Part shown: positions 1 through 21,122 of the stretch, one piece after another
How positions within the stretch are numbered: the stretch's first letter is position 1
Layout: each line of letters opens with the position of its first letter
Source of the DNA: Paraspadella gotoi
Taxonomy: Eukaryota > Animalia > Chaetognatha
DNA length: 64,000 nucleotides
Direction of reading: 5' to 3'
NCBI GenBank assembly: GCA_051294375.1
Contig: CM119271.1
Span: 8,457,637-8,521,636, forward strand
Notes under the pieces: model-generated
What the model saw: only the letters and a program-made list of their open reading frames with translations
Databases searched by the model: none
Told to the model about the DNA's origin: nothing
Translations under genes and position numbers: made by a program

Positions 1-149
1 TTGACGGTACCGAATTGGCGGAAGTAGGACTGGAGATCCGCGGCTACGGTGTCTTGGCTGAGACCGCCGAGGAAGAGCTTTCCCGTCTTGACGGAGCCGC
101 TGGGAGGCGAAGGGGTTTTTGGGGGTTTTTCTTGTTTGGAGTTCTCCAT
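1..149 (-). CDS. 5' coding part of an RRM RNA-binding protein (Musashi/DAZAP1/hnRNP A-B type), truncated by the window edge
   Basis: ATG at 149 reads MENSKQEKPPKTPSPPSGSVKTGKLFLGGLSQDTVAADLQSYFRQFGTV; KLFLGGLS is RNP2 and L..YF.QFG.V is typical of this RRM class. Confidence 0.85.
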   Translation of the reverse strand, partial: MENSKQEKPPKTPSPPSGSVKTGKLFLGGLSQDTVAADLQSYFRQFGTV

Positions 150-980
150 TGTGAGACGGTGTTAATGACTTGAAAATCGTCGGGGTAAGAAAATATTTTA
201 TCGAAAAGCGAAACGTAGATTTTTTTGGTTTTTTTTTAATATATCATTCGAAAAAATAAAAATATTTTCGTGATGCGTATCGCGGGATTTGAGAAGATAA
301 TGATAAACGTGAGATCCAAAGAATGCCGACTTCGATGAAAAGGTCGTCTTCGTTCACAGTGACTGGTTTCACTATTGAAAATTGACCCGTGGGCCTCTGG
401 TGGTCAGAGGGAGGGAGAGAGAAAGAGAGAGAGTCCCTGACCGAAAATCCAAACCGAAGCTACGAGAACGAACTGACTCTATCTGACCTCACCCTTCACT
501 CAGCGAAGCCGCCTCTCAATACGAATCCAAGAAATAATCGAACTTCGGTTTTGTATTTACCCCGTCGGGAAAATCGAACCGATAACAATAACAACAACGA
601 AAACATCAGAAAAAAAACAAACAAAAAACACTCATTGAAGGACGCAATTTTCTTCGACGTCGACGCCGTAGTCGTCGCTGTCGTCGTCGCTCTCTCGTCG
701 CGCTTCCTTTCTCTTTCCAAACTTGATTTTCCTCGCGCCTCCTCTGGGATACAAATTATTGTAAGGTAATAAAATGATTATAAAAAATTATCTTATAAAA
801 ATTAAAAAAAATAACAACGGACCTCTCTTGTCCAGAGCGAGGGGTTCGCTCGCCTTCTGCTACGCCTTCTTGTTCCCTCTCGATTCTGTCGTACTGCGTG
901 GGAGTAGACGGCGGGGTAAGTTAATGGAAATTCCTCACTTATCTCTCTTTGTCTGTCTCTGTTTGTTTGTCTCGGGTGTT

Positions 981-1098
<118 letters not shown>

Positions 1099-1102
1099 CA
1101 AT

Positions 1103-9921
<8,819 letters not shown>

Positions 9922-10596
9922 GACGAAGATCAAGAAAGCAAGAAAAGTGAGGTACTATGAGCGCAATGTTTATAGCTTAAAACGGTAAAGGGCGTACGCA
10001 TAAGGCAGATTTAAAATATTTTAAAAATTAACTATGACTGCAGACAGTTTTGATTAGCGCCAACTGGGATTTTAACGTAAAGCTCGCTACTTGACTTCCA
10101 TTATTTCAAAGGAATTTACAGCTCTACGAAGCGATGTCATGGTTACTGGCTTACTGCTAATGTGACACATACCCTCACTGCTTACAAAAATGTTGGCTGA
10201 TATTGGTATCTGTTAAAAGCTTAGCTTTTGTAAAATTAAGTAATGCGTGGATAAAAAAATCCAATTTTGTTATAGTTGAGACTATCTCGGTACAGCCAAA
10301 TAAAAATCTAAACTAAAAATGCATTTTTTATTTTCCTTATAAAAATAACAGACGTCATAGATTATCAGAATGGTTCATGTGACAAAAATTAAAAAGACGA
10401 TTTTTTTTATAATAAAAACAACCGAACAGCCGACGAGGATCAGAGAAAGTTATGTTATAATTAACGAGGTTCAATTCGAAGTCTAACAAGTCAGGGCCAC
10501 ACGCAAGCGGTTCATCCAAAATATGGATATGTTCGCGACGTGAGGATACGAATTGTGGGCAGAGAACTTCCTTTAAAATTAGGATCAAACTCGGCG

Positions 10597-13500
10597 TCAA
10601 CTGAGATTGGAGACGAGAGTGATGTCGCAGGAGGTGACTTCGAAGGTCTCAGTAGCGAAGGTGGTGGAGACTTCGGTGAAGTCGCTCGTCCGGGGAGACG
10701 AAACGGCCGAGGATTGATTCGAGTCCGTCGCCTGCGCCGATTGGTACGAGGAGGGCGTATCGGCGTCCTTACGCGGGCCCGGGGGGAGGGGGGGGTTTCA
10801 GATATTTAAATAAATTATAAAAAAATTGCGGAAAAGTTATTGAGACAGTCGATAGCGTCATTTAATTTACCCTCTCCACGTCAATCGTCGGAGTCCGATG
10901 ATTCGTCGTCAGCGGCGATGACGAAGACGACGGCTTACGAATTTTTTCCAACTCTCCATCGAATTCCGGAAGCGAAATCAACCGCGTCGTCGTAGTCATC
11001 GGATGCACAGCCTTCAATGCCTTCGTCGGCGACGGCGACGTTATAGAAGACGACGGCGACCGAGTCTCGACTTTGACGACTTTGCAGAAGTCGCCCGTCG
11101 ATCCTCCCATGTGGGAAACGCTGAAGATCTGATGCAATTGACGCTCCCTGGAGATTCGATTGGCTTCGGAGATTTTATTTCGAAGTTCTAATTCGGTTTT
11201 AACAAAATCCGGCATAGAGTTCTCTGAAATGAAAAGGCAATATATCATTCAAATCAATCAATCAATCAATCCAATAAAAACACAATCTCATTTTAAAGCC
11301 AAAGCAGGGAAACCACTCGGCTCTCTCACCCGGCGAAGAAGCGTCCGTCAGCATCCTAGAAAAGTTGAAGACGTTCTCTTTTCCAGTAACGAAAGACGGA
11401 AAGACTCCGCCAGACTCTGTCGCCGACTTGACCGCCGCAGTATGGTCTGAAAAATATAGAAATAAATCGGTGAAGAGAAGAGAATCGAAAAGACAATCGG
11501 AAAGCCTCACTTCTGATTTGATTGATGAGGCTCGCGAAGGGCGCCGGAGTTTTGACCGAGACGGCGGTTGACGTCGAGGGTGACGCAAGCGCCGGGGATT
11601 GAGCGCCGGAGGACGGTGTCTGGAGGGGGAGGGTTAGAAAATGTGTGAACGAAATAATAGAGACAAGTGAAATTAGCGATTAGCGATTAGCGATAAACAA
11701 TAAAAGAAAAAAAAAAAAACAAATGGAAGTGGACCGACGCCTCCTCACCTTTTTCTTGATGACGGCCTCGGCCACCATCAACCTCTGTCGCAGCGCCGTC
11801 TTCTCTCGTTCGGCGTCTTCCGTCGCAAGGACGAGATCTCGCCGTTTCGCGTCTTTCGCCTCTTTTTCCATCTTCAACTCCTTGCTCAACAACTCCATCT
11901 TTTCCCGCAGCTCGTCGATTACGTCCTCTTGCGTCTGGAATAATAATTATTGAAACAAAAGACATTCGTATATATATATATATATGCTTAAGCTAAAAAA
12001 ACTCACCCTGATTTCCTTGTTCAGTCTCTCAATCTCCTCCTGGTCGAGCTTGTTATGCTTGCTGCTCGGCGGCGTCGCCAACACGAAGGAAGTGTTGACC
12101 TCGACGTCTGCAAGATTGCGCCGACTCACCGTCGATGTCATTCGGCCGTTGGAGGGCGTGGCGTGAAGGTCCGAAGAGGAAAGACCAGGAAGCTGACTGA
12201 AGCTGTCGCCGACGGACACTTAAAACGGGAGACAAAAGCATTTTCTTAACTAAGAATTTATCATATAAAAAAAAAAATAAACCAACCTGATACGCAGACT
12301 TTAGGAACGTTGGGCTGGCTGAAGTCCTGATTGACGGTGACGACTCGATCCTCCGACGGACTGATTTGCTTGGATCGATTCTGCGCCGCCAGAGGAGGCG
12401 GCGTCGCGCAGACGTCATCGTAAGGGAGGCCGGCGCGGGCGAGACGATCGCGGAGCACACGGACTGCGTCGCGACAGTGTCGAACTTCGTCGCGGAGCTC
12501 GCTGAGTAATGTAGAAATTTTATGTTTAATTAGAAAATATGGTAAATATGAAGGAAAATATTAAATCATTATTATACATGTTATTTTACCTTATGATTCG
12601 TCCCCTCGGGTCTTCGTTTACAGTGGCGACGTTGACAATGTTCCTAGTCGTGCTAGCGTAACGCAGTGTGCTCATCGTCGTCTCCAAATGCGCTGCAGAG
12701 GGCGACACGGTGAAGAGCATCGCCGTCTGGGCGTTGCCGCCCAAGGATTCCTATGATTGATTTGAATAATCTGATAGTATTCTTTACAACAAAAACAATA
12801 ACTAAGAGCGAGAACTTACCTTTAGAAGCCAAGTGAGTACGGAGTTGCGGTAGGGAATGAAAGATTCGCGCTTTGACAGCGCCGAAATCACATGGCCCAA
12901 CGTGGACAATGACTTGTTGATGCTGGCACCTTCCTGTAACCACGGGCCGACCAAGAGATTTACGTTAATCAGAGGATAAAATTTTAAAAAAAGGAACGCT
13001 ATTCTAGTACGAGAACCGGAATTAACAACTTTGTAAGAAGTAAAAGTTTACAATGTAAAATTATAACAATTAAAATTAACTTTGGAGCACATTAATTCAC
13101 GATTTTCGCCACATTGAGACAACTAAGATCATCTACTAATTTTTAAAGGAGTTGTAACTGATGCTGTACGGAATTAAACGTTACAAACTGCGAGGATTAG
13201 TCAGGAAATGACGGAGGACGTTAGTCGTTACCAATAAAGTCAGTTGATTCTGCTTGACTTCGTAAGTTTGAGTAGCCAGTCTCATGACCAGAGATCGCCT
13301 GGCCGGACTCTTCACCGCGCACTTGCACGGCGAAGCGAGGGAAGTAAGGGAGAGTCCGCACGAGGTCATCGAGCCGGACAAGGAAGTGTTAGAGGCGTGT
13401 AAACATCGAGCTAAATGACGGTTAACCGGTGGATCCTACGTGCGCGCACGCGTGAAAATTGAAAAGTAAAAGAGGCCCACAACCAAAACAAAAACGATAA

Positions 13501-16171
13501 AGATTGCGTAAAAGGTGTAAAAGGAGAGTGTAAGGCTTAAACCGTGTGGTGGTGCCGGAACGTCGCGAGTCTAACCACCAAATTCCTAACCCTTACCTTG
13601 AGACGATCCCCGTTGGTGTCTGAAGAATCGGCGCGTTCGCTTCCCGCCAAATCGATCAGATTGACGTTGCTGGTCTTGACGGAAATTGCCTCCCCAAGGT
13701 CGTCCAGGTTCTCAGTCTGATGGAAGACAAACAAAAAAATTAATATAGCGAATCAATCGATCTTGACAAGCTAACGTGGTTTTGTCATTAACATCCACCT
13801 TGCTTTGATGCAGAAAAATAGTGAAAACGGCGTGGCTTCGGCTGCTCCTGTCGTTCATCGCCGTGGCGGCGGTGGCGCGGTTCTTGTTGGCGATATCGAT
13901 GTAGACTTTGATGTCCTCCTGTGAGAAGACGTCGCGCACGACGATCCCTTCCACGTAGGGCCCAGTGCTGGCGTGCTCGCGAACGCGCAAGGCCGGCGCC
14001 TTTTCGTTTGGCATGTTGGGACGGAGCAAGTCGTAGATCTTCTCGTTGTATATCTCGTAGCAGGACACTTTGATCTCGAACTGGGTCTGTACAAGAGGGA
14101 CGATAAACAATGTTTAGACGGATTTGGAAGTATTGAGATGATATTCGACGATTTCCAGTTCTTACATATTGCGACGGAGTATTGTGTCTGGTGTATGTTT
14201 CAATCCGCTTAAAGAGGTCCTCTGCGAAGCGAGGAATGATTCCAGGATCCTCAGGAACACCCATCATGCTAAGGAATTAAGGGATATTATAATCAAAGTT
14301 TAGTGAAGAAAAAGTAGAGCGCACAACAACCTTCTGCAAATCAACACCTATAGGTTTTTCCGGATCCCGTCTGTCCGTATGCAAAAAGGCTTGTGTTGTA
14401 TCCTTCAAAGGCCTTGTTGAGAAGCGGTTGACCCAGAGTCTCGTAGACGCATTTTTGAGAGGCGAAGGAGGCGCCGGCGACGGAAGAGTCCGAGTGAGAC
14501 CAAAAGCAATAATCGTAGCTGAAATGCGAGGAAAACAAATGAAAACAAATACATTTAATCAACCAAATAAAGTTCTTTTAGTTACCGTCCCCGCCAGGGA
14601 GCTTGCGCCGTGTGAGGGGGGCCTCCTTGATGCTGATCCGGAGTAGACACCGTCGTAGTCGTGTTGTCCATCCCGATCACGAGTCGACAAGCTGAAGGGT
14701 TATCCAATTCCCTGGTTAAAAAAAGGTTATTTTGATTTCCTTATTCAAAAGCATCTTAGGAAAAACACGAAAAACGTACTTGGCAACGAAGGGCCTGACT
14801 CGGATAGCGACAGTAACGGACTGGGACGTTGACTCGATGCGACCTCGACGTTTTTGAGAGGAAACAACGTCGCCAACGCCCTTGGTGACGACGCCGGAAC
14901 CATTCAGCGCCAATGCCGACGCGTCGTGATATTCCTCCGAAGAACCGGACGAGGATTCCGATGCAGCAGTTTCGTTCATCTTATCTTTGTTGTCCCCGAT
15001 GATGGATGAGTCTTCTACCGCCTATAACGAATTATAATTAAAAATTAATAACATAGTTCAAATAATTACATTTAATAATGATTAATGATAACTAATAATT
15101 TGCCTTCATGAAGGAGTCCGAATCTCGACTGATGGTCGAAAGGAGAGAATCGTCAGCGGCGCCGCTTTTACGCCACAACGACGCCGCCGTGGGAGTGTCG
15201 CCTTTCTTTTTGTCCTCCAGGTTACGCCGGGCGCCACTGAGGTGAACACAATAGCAACGCAAGAAACGCATGTTAATTTAGATTCATTGAAAATATTATA
15301 TAAACATGACTGACTTCTTGGTCTTGGACTCTCCATTCCGCGACTGACGCGGCGGTCGTGACTTAAGATTGTCGCCGCCGGCGTTGCGAGAGAGGGGCGT
15401 GGTTTGTGGCATGGTGGAGCGGGTGGCGTCCTCGGCGATGGAACAGAGTGAGTCCGTCGATCCAGTGGGCGAGGGAGACAGGAGGCAGATTTTTCTGAAT
15501 GACAAATAGAAAATTAATAAATAGAAAAATTATGGTGGATAAGACGGTCAAAGTCTTTCATGTACCGTGGTGTGACAGTTCCGTTGATGGATGCTTCCAA
15601 AACTTGAGAACTGAAAGTGACGCCGTTGTGAATTCCGGAACGCGGCGTCGACGTCTGGGAGGCGCGTTCTAGACTTGTGCTGCGCTTGCGAACGCTACAT
15701 AAAAAATGAGTTTTAAGTATTGTCTGTTTTTATTTTTAATTCAAATAGCCAAGACTTAGTACCTTTCATTTTTATCTTTAAGTAGTGACCTGTCGAAAGA
15801 CCCCGATCGTTGGCGGTTTGCAGGTCTAGTCAACTGAAAGTTTCGGGTCAAACGGGTATTAAAAAAAGTTTTAACCGTCGGGAAAAGTGCGTTGATTATT
15901 ACGAACCTGAGCGACTTTCCCGGTCGAGGTTCCGACGAGAGTTTTGACCCTGGTTTGCTTTTGATTCGTCGCGGAAGGCGCCTGGTTCGCCCTGATTCGA
16001 TCCGCGGGTCTAGAAGATCGTCTGATGACCCCAAAAAGGGAAAAACACCAAAAAAGGAGGGAAAAGTGTAACCGGTTTAGGACTCGATCCTCCTCGATCC
16101 CCCAATTACGGAGAGAAGAGAGAAAAAAAGGAAGATCCCCTCCTGACTCACCCTGCAGCAGCGCCTTTCAT
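10597..16171 (-). CDS. KIF14: Kinesin-3 family motor, KIF14-like (N-terminal extension, motor, short coiled-coil/low-complexity tail); termini approximate
   Basis: VAIRVRP (~14800), [10 protein letters not shown]-loop [12 protein letters not shown] (14350-14390), [24 protein letters not shown], switch [12 protein letters not shown], switch [48 protein letters not shown]...VNEDP. Orthology to KIF14 is inferred from the N-terminal extension and motif flavour. Confidence 0.85.
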
Positions 16172-16475
16172 CTCGCGGCCCGCTTCATCCAACACAACGA
16201 CAACGACTACGATGACACGCAAGGTTTTCGATGTTTTTTGACGCAACGGACCAAATTGTGTTCAGAATCTTTTTTTGTGCTCTTGGCTATGGGATGTTTT
16301 CTCCTTTTTTATTCCTTCTTGTTTTTTTCTTCTCGGTTTCGGTTTGAATTCAAAATCAGCCGCTCTGCCGGAAGAAACAGTGGCTCGATTTGAGTAAGGG
16401 ATAAAAACTAGGAGAGGATGGAACAAAGGAAAATACAATTTTACGTTACACGAATGGGTCTTACAATTTGTATTC

Positions 16476-16562
<87 letters not shown>

Positions 16563-17239
16563 CGAGAGCGACAGACCAATTTGCATAAATCATTGTCTTC
16601 TTATATTGACTTTTGACCGAGACTCGGGAATATTTGACCGAGAAAATGACTAAGTTCCGGTCTTTGGCTCTGGTCTATGAGGCGAGTCTCACTGAAGTTA
16701 ATGCTTTTTAACTTGTCATTTAATCTATCATTTTTTTTTCATTTTCTCGAGAATATGTCACTAGTTCACTACACTGATTGATTGATTAATTAATGCGATT
16801 ATTCGATCGTAACATTTGTCTTTCTCTGATTTAAATTTCTATTATTGAAATAAAAGTTAAAGAGAGGATTGTTCTCAGCTGTGTCAATAATTCACAGAAG
16901 GTCGTCTATTCGGGTTTAAATAACAATAAATAATTATTAAATTAATGAATACAGGTGCATCAATTGGGAAATGACTAGATATCTCATCCTTGGATAACAA
17001 TGCTTTTCAATATTATCAACATAAAATTGGTCAAGAAATATAAGTTGTAAACATAAATAAGGAACGTTTTACACAGAAATGCGAAGCGAAAGGCAAGCCG
17101 AAATATTCGCCGGGTCATAAGAAATTACCGTGGTTAATACAATAAAGACGGCAAGATAGCATAGGTTGGATGTAGTATGTTAATGCGTTTTTTTTTAATT
17201 AAAATACAATGGTTTGGTTGATAATAATGACAACCACCG

Positions 17240-20200
17240 TCAAACAAAGCATTTTTTTTTCTCTGCCTCGAACCCGAGACGCGAAAGCGAACGTGAAGCG
17301 ATGCTGCCGAAGGACGGAGCCTTCGAGCATCTTGTCAAGTGAAGTTGAAGCCGGACTCTGTCGTCAAAAGGTTGCCCGCATTCAATACAGTTATACCGGG
17401 GATGCTGGCGGTCTTCGTCGAACTTCGGTTGGGCGTCAGGTTCCAGTTTTACCCCTGAAGAAAATGAGAAACACTCCCTGCGACTTTCGACGACTTTACT
17501 CAGAAGCAAAGGGTTCGCGACTTCGTCATCGTCTCCGCAGTCGTCGACGTCAATCTCGACGTCGTCATCGTCTTCGTCGACGTCCTCGTCGTCGGATCGC
17601 AAAAACTCGTTGGACGGGCCGCGGTCATCGTCTCGAAAATCTGAGGGCGATTTTCTTTGGTGAACCTTTCTATGCCGCTCCAAGTTGCTCTTGTGTGAAG
17701 TGGCGTAGTTGCAAACGGCGCAGCAGTAATCCTTCTAAACGGTTTGCAACGATTTATTTATATTCTTTAGTTAATAATTGTCAAAAACAACTGTCCATCG
17801 CTCACCTGTCCGCTGTGCACCGTCAAGTGGCGCTTCAGTAACGCCTTTCGGCAAAAGTTTCTTCCGCAGTAGCGACACTCGTACCCGTTGCGGTGGCAGC
17901 GAACCACGTGGTCGCGCAATGAAGCCTTGCTGTTGAAGACAAGGCCGCAACATTCAAGTAGCTAGGAAACGTAATTAGTTGAGATCAAACATTAATTAAC
18001 GAATGCGATTTTTTTTTAGCATTAATAAATTACTTTATTGCTTTCTTGATGCATTGTAACGATGTGGCGTTTCAAATTGTTTTTTCTGAAAATGAGGGGG
18101 AAAAAAAAAACAATTAAAACGATAATCTTATGAGAAAAAGAATGAGCACTGAAACCAACAAACCCCACCTGTCCGTAAAATATCTGCATTGGCCGCAATG
18201 AAATTTCTTCTTCTCGACCGGAAATCCTTGGATTTTGTTGAATCTCGACGTCAGCGAATTAATTGAGTGCGCTGATGAAGTCGGAAACGAGGGCGGCGCC
18301 TTCAAGGCGGCTCCCCGGCGGGAAGAAGGCGGCGCCATAGAGGTTATTGCGCTGGCGGCGCTGCGAATGGAACAAGCGGTCGATGCGAGCACGGGATGCT
18401 GCGGCGGCTGCAACGAGGCGGCTTCCGTCGGTGATGGCGTTCCGAAAGGGTTTTGACATTTTCCCGCCTTCTGGAAGACTGGGGAATGGGGATATTTAAA
18501 TAGTTGTAATTTAAAAGACATCAAAAACATAAAATCCATCATGATAATGTATATCTAATTATCTATGAAATTGGTACAACCAATATAAAAATTATCCATT
18601 CATTTAATAAATAAGCTATTTTGCCCCTGACTTTGGACAGGCTTTGGTGGTTTAAGGCCTCCATCACTCTTACAAGATAATTACATAGCAGGTCCCTGCA
18701 AGCTTTCAATCAAGACTCTCTCACAGTCCCGTTTATTCACTCCCAGAGTACCTGGCTTCCCTATCAATGAAGTGGAAAATATTTCAAAGAATGTTTCAAT
18801 TGTATAAAAAGACCTCTCCCTAAAGTATTAGATCGGGGAATACTTATTGTACTCCGCACTAGCATCAAAATACAAGGAGCTGAATTTTATGAAATTGGTA
18901 CAACCAATATAAAAATTATCCATTAATTTAATAAATAAGATATCTTGCCCCTGACTTTGGACAGGCTTTGGTGGTTTAAGGCCTCCATCACTCTATGTTA
19001 AGTATGCTACACCTTTAGGTCCTTTACCCTTTAAAAACCTTGAAAGTTATAAGGACACATGCTTGTTGAGACCATTTTCTGTTCCGTTTGTTTTTTTTAA
19101 TTAACGTTTTTCTCACCCGAATTGGCGATGATAGGAGACCCAAAACGAAAGTTAAACTTGTTTCCGATTTTGAAGGAGAGACGGAGGAGCGAGGAGGAAA
19201 GAGAGGAGAGAGGGAGGGGAATTGAGAGAAGAGAGAGAGTGGAGGGGAGAAAGAGAAGAAGTTGGAGGAATGGCAACGCGCTTTCTTCTCGGCACCGAGT
19301 AAAACGCCGAAGCCTTTCGGTCGGATATGGGGGAAATTTGCAGCGGCGGCGGCGGCGGGGCGGCATCGTCGCCAGTGGCGGCGCGTCCTCAGTCGGCGGT
19401 GTCGTTTCGGCGCGAAACGGAATCGGAGAACAAAAGGGAAACGCGACATCGGGTCTTCTGGCCAGAGGGCGACGGAGGCCCGGGTTGGCGTCAAGGATCT
19501 CGGAGAAGGTCGTCGGTTGACGTTGGTGGTTGACGGCAGGGGGATGGGAACTGGACGTCGGAAATAAATTATTTGAGCTACAATTTTCGCACTTCTTAAT
19601 TGGGATGGGATGGCTATTATTTTTCGTTGAAATATATTTATTTGATGACGCATTATTACTGCTCATTCGCAGCGGATCGTATCAGCCTCGGTAGCGCAGT
19701 AGGCAGCGCGTCAGTCTCATAATGATATTCAAGAGTTATCTGAAGGTCGTGAGTTCGATCCTCACCCGGGGCACGTTTTACTTTCTTGTTTAAGTACGTA
19801 AATCTAAATATTCTATCTGAAAATATCCTACGTCGTAACTAAAACAAAGTTTATTTCAAGCGAAGCAGGTCGAGAGTCGAGAATTCGATCCTCACCAAGG
19901 GCACATGATTAAAATTATATTTTTTTGAAAATGTGCAATGCACAATGCACATTTAAGTTTAAAGAAACGATTCAGTTCTAAGCTATCCTAAAAACCCCGG
20001 TAGCGCAGACGGCGCCGCGTTCGTCTCGTATTGAACGAAAAGAGCTATCCGAAGGTCTTGAGTTCAGTCCTCACACGGGACATGCTGAAGTAACTTTTGT
20101 TTGATTTTGACGAATCGTATGATATCGACTGACCTTTGGTAGCGTTGAATGCCAATCAGAGAACCGGAAGTGGGAATGGAAATCGTTCTGACCCCGGATG

Positions 20201-20300
20201 TAAGATCCAGCGGCGCGTCGTAAATGTCTGGGCGTTTTGCCCGATCGCTCTGTGGCGACGTCGGCGTCGGCGGCAGAGAAAAGTGATCGCCGATTATCAT
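17240..20300 (-). CDS. C2H2 zinc-finger transcription factor (about 5 fingers); 5' exons uncertain
   Basis: FHCGQCRYFTDR|KNNLKRHIVTMH, ECCGLVFNSKASLRDHVVRCH, YECRYCGRNFCRKALLKRHLTVHSGQ, YCCAVCNYATSHKSNLERHRKVH, YNCIECGQPF...LHLTRC; upstream exon 20134-20300 carries PLDLT. Confidence 0.85.
18567..18994 (+). repeat. Dispersed repeat: long copy (18567-~18812) plus directly repeated ~104-bp terminal module (18891-18994)
   Basis: gaaattggtacaaccaatata...gcctccatcactct occurs twice in direct orientation; near-identical to 47951-48198. Confidence 0.85.
19685..19773 (+). tRNA. tRNA-Met: Elongator tRNA-Met(CAT) with a 16-nt intron (19722-19737)
   Basis: GCCTCGGTAGCGCAGTAGGCAGCGCGTCAGTCT-CAT-A[atgatattcaagagtt]ATCTGAAGGTCGTGAGTTCGATCCTCACCCGGGGCA then a T-run. 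It matches the eukaryotic elongator Met sequence, the intron sits at the canonical 37/38 site, and C32 can pair with the antepenultimate intron G. Confidence 0.92.
19866..19903 (+). pseudogene. 3'-half fragment of tRNA-Met
   Basis: aggtcgag...aattcgatcctcaccaagggca resembles the T-arm and acceptor end of the neighbouring gene. Confidence 0.55.
19994..20082 (+). pseudogene. Degenerate intron-containing tRNA-Met copy with anticodon changed to CGT
   Basis: Colinear with 19685-19773 including a 16-nt intron, but with anticodon-stem mismatches and a damaged T-loop (gttcagt). Confidence 0.75.
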
Positions 20301-20682
20301 TGTTGACGCAAAACAGTTCCTCAAATACGCGTTTTTTAAAAAAAACCTTGAAAAGAAAATGTAATTTTATGTCAGTGGTGATAGTAATAAATATTAAAGT
20401 ATGAAGTCAAAACCTATCCGGTTCAGTCGTTTAAAAAGAAAAGAGAAAGAAATGGACGGAACGGGAACTATTCTTATTTTGTAGAGAAGAGAAAAATAAA
20501 GATGGCGTGAAAAAAAAAAGAGCAATCAACGCGAATGGAATATTTTATTTGCTCGCGACGAAATAAAAGGAAAGAAGTGACCGACGATCATCGTTGGCCG
20601 AAGGCTTGACCGGCCAAAAACACAAAAGGAAAAAAAAGAACGAATCAAATTTGACTCCGCTTTTCTAATCCTGGGAAAACCT

Positions 20683-20739
<57 letters not shown>

Positions 20740-21085
20740 TGTCACTTTTGACTTCATCGAAAGGAGCTAATCCCGGTCGGAACCGCAGAAACAGCGACGC
20801 CCCAAATCGGGATCGTCTAATCGGTATCGACGTTTTACCTTTTGTTTCCTCGTGTTTCCGCCACCTTCCTTAATTAAGGCTTTCCAAATTTTGAGAGGGA
20901 GTTTTTAGCGCGAATTTGTGCACGAATTGGTGCAGAATTAATTTTCAATAGTACACAATGGCACAGAGCGGAAGCAGGAAGTTTGCAGAATAAAGACGCG
21001 ATCGCCTCGCTCGCGTTCTTTTATTTGTCTTTGCGCTGCTCCTTTGTTTTTATTGGAAGTTCTCTCTTTCTCTCCCTCTTTCTCT

Positions 21086-21122
<37 letters not shown>

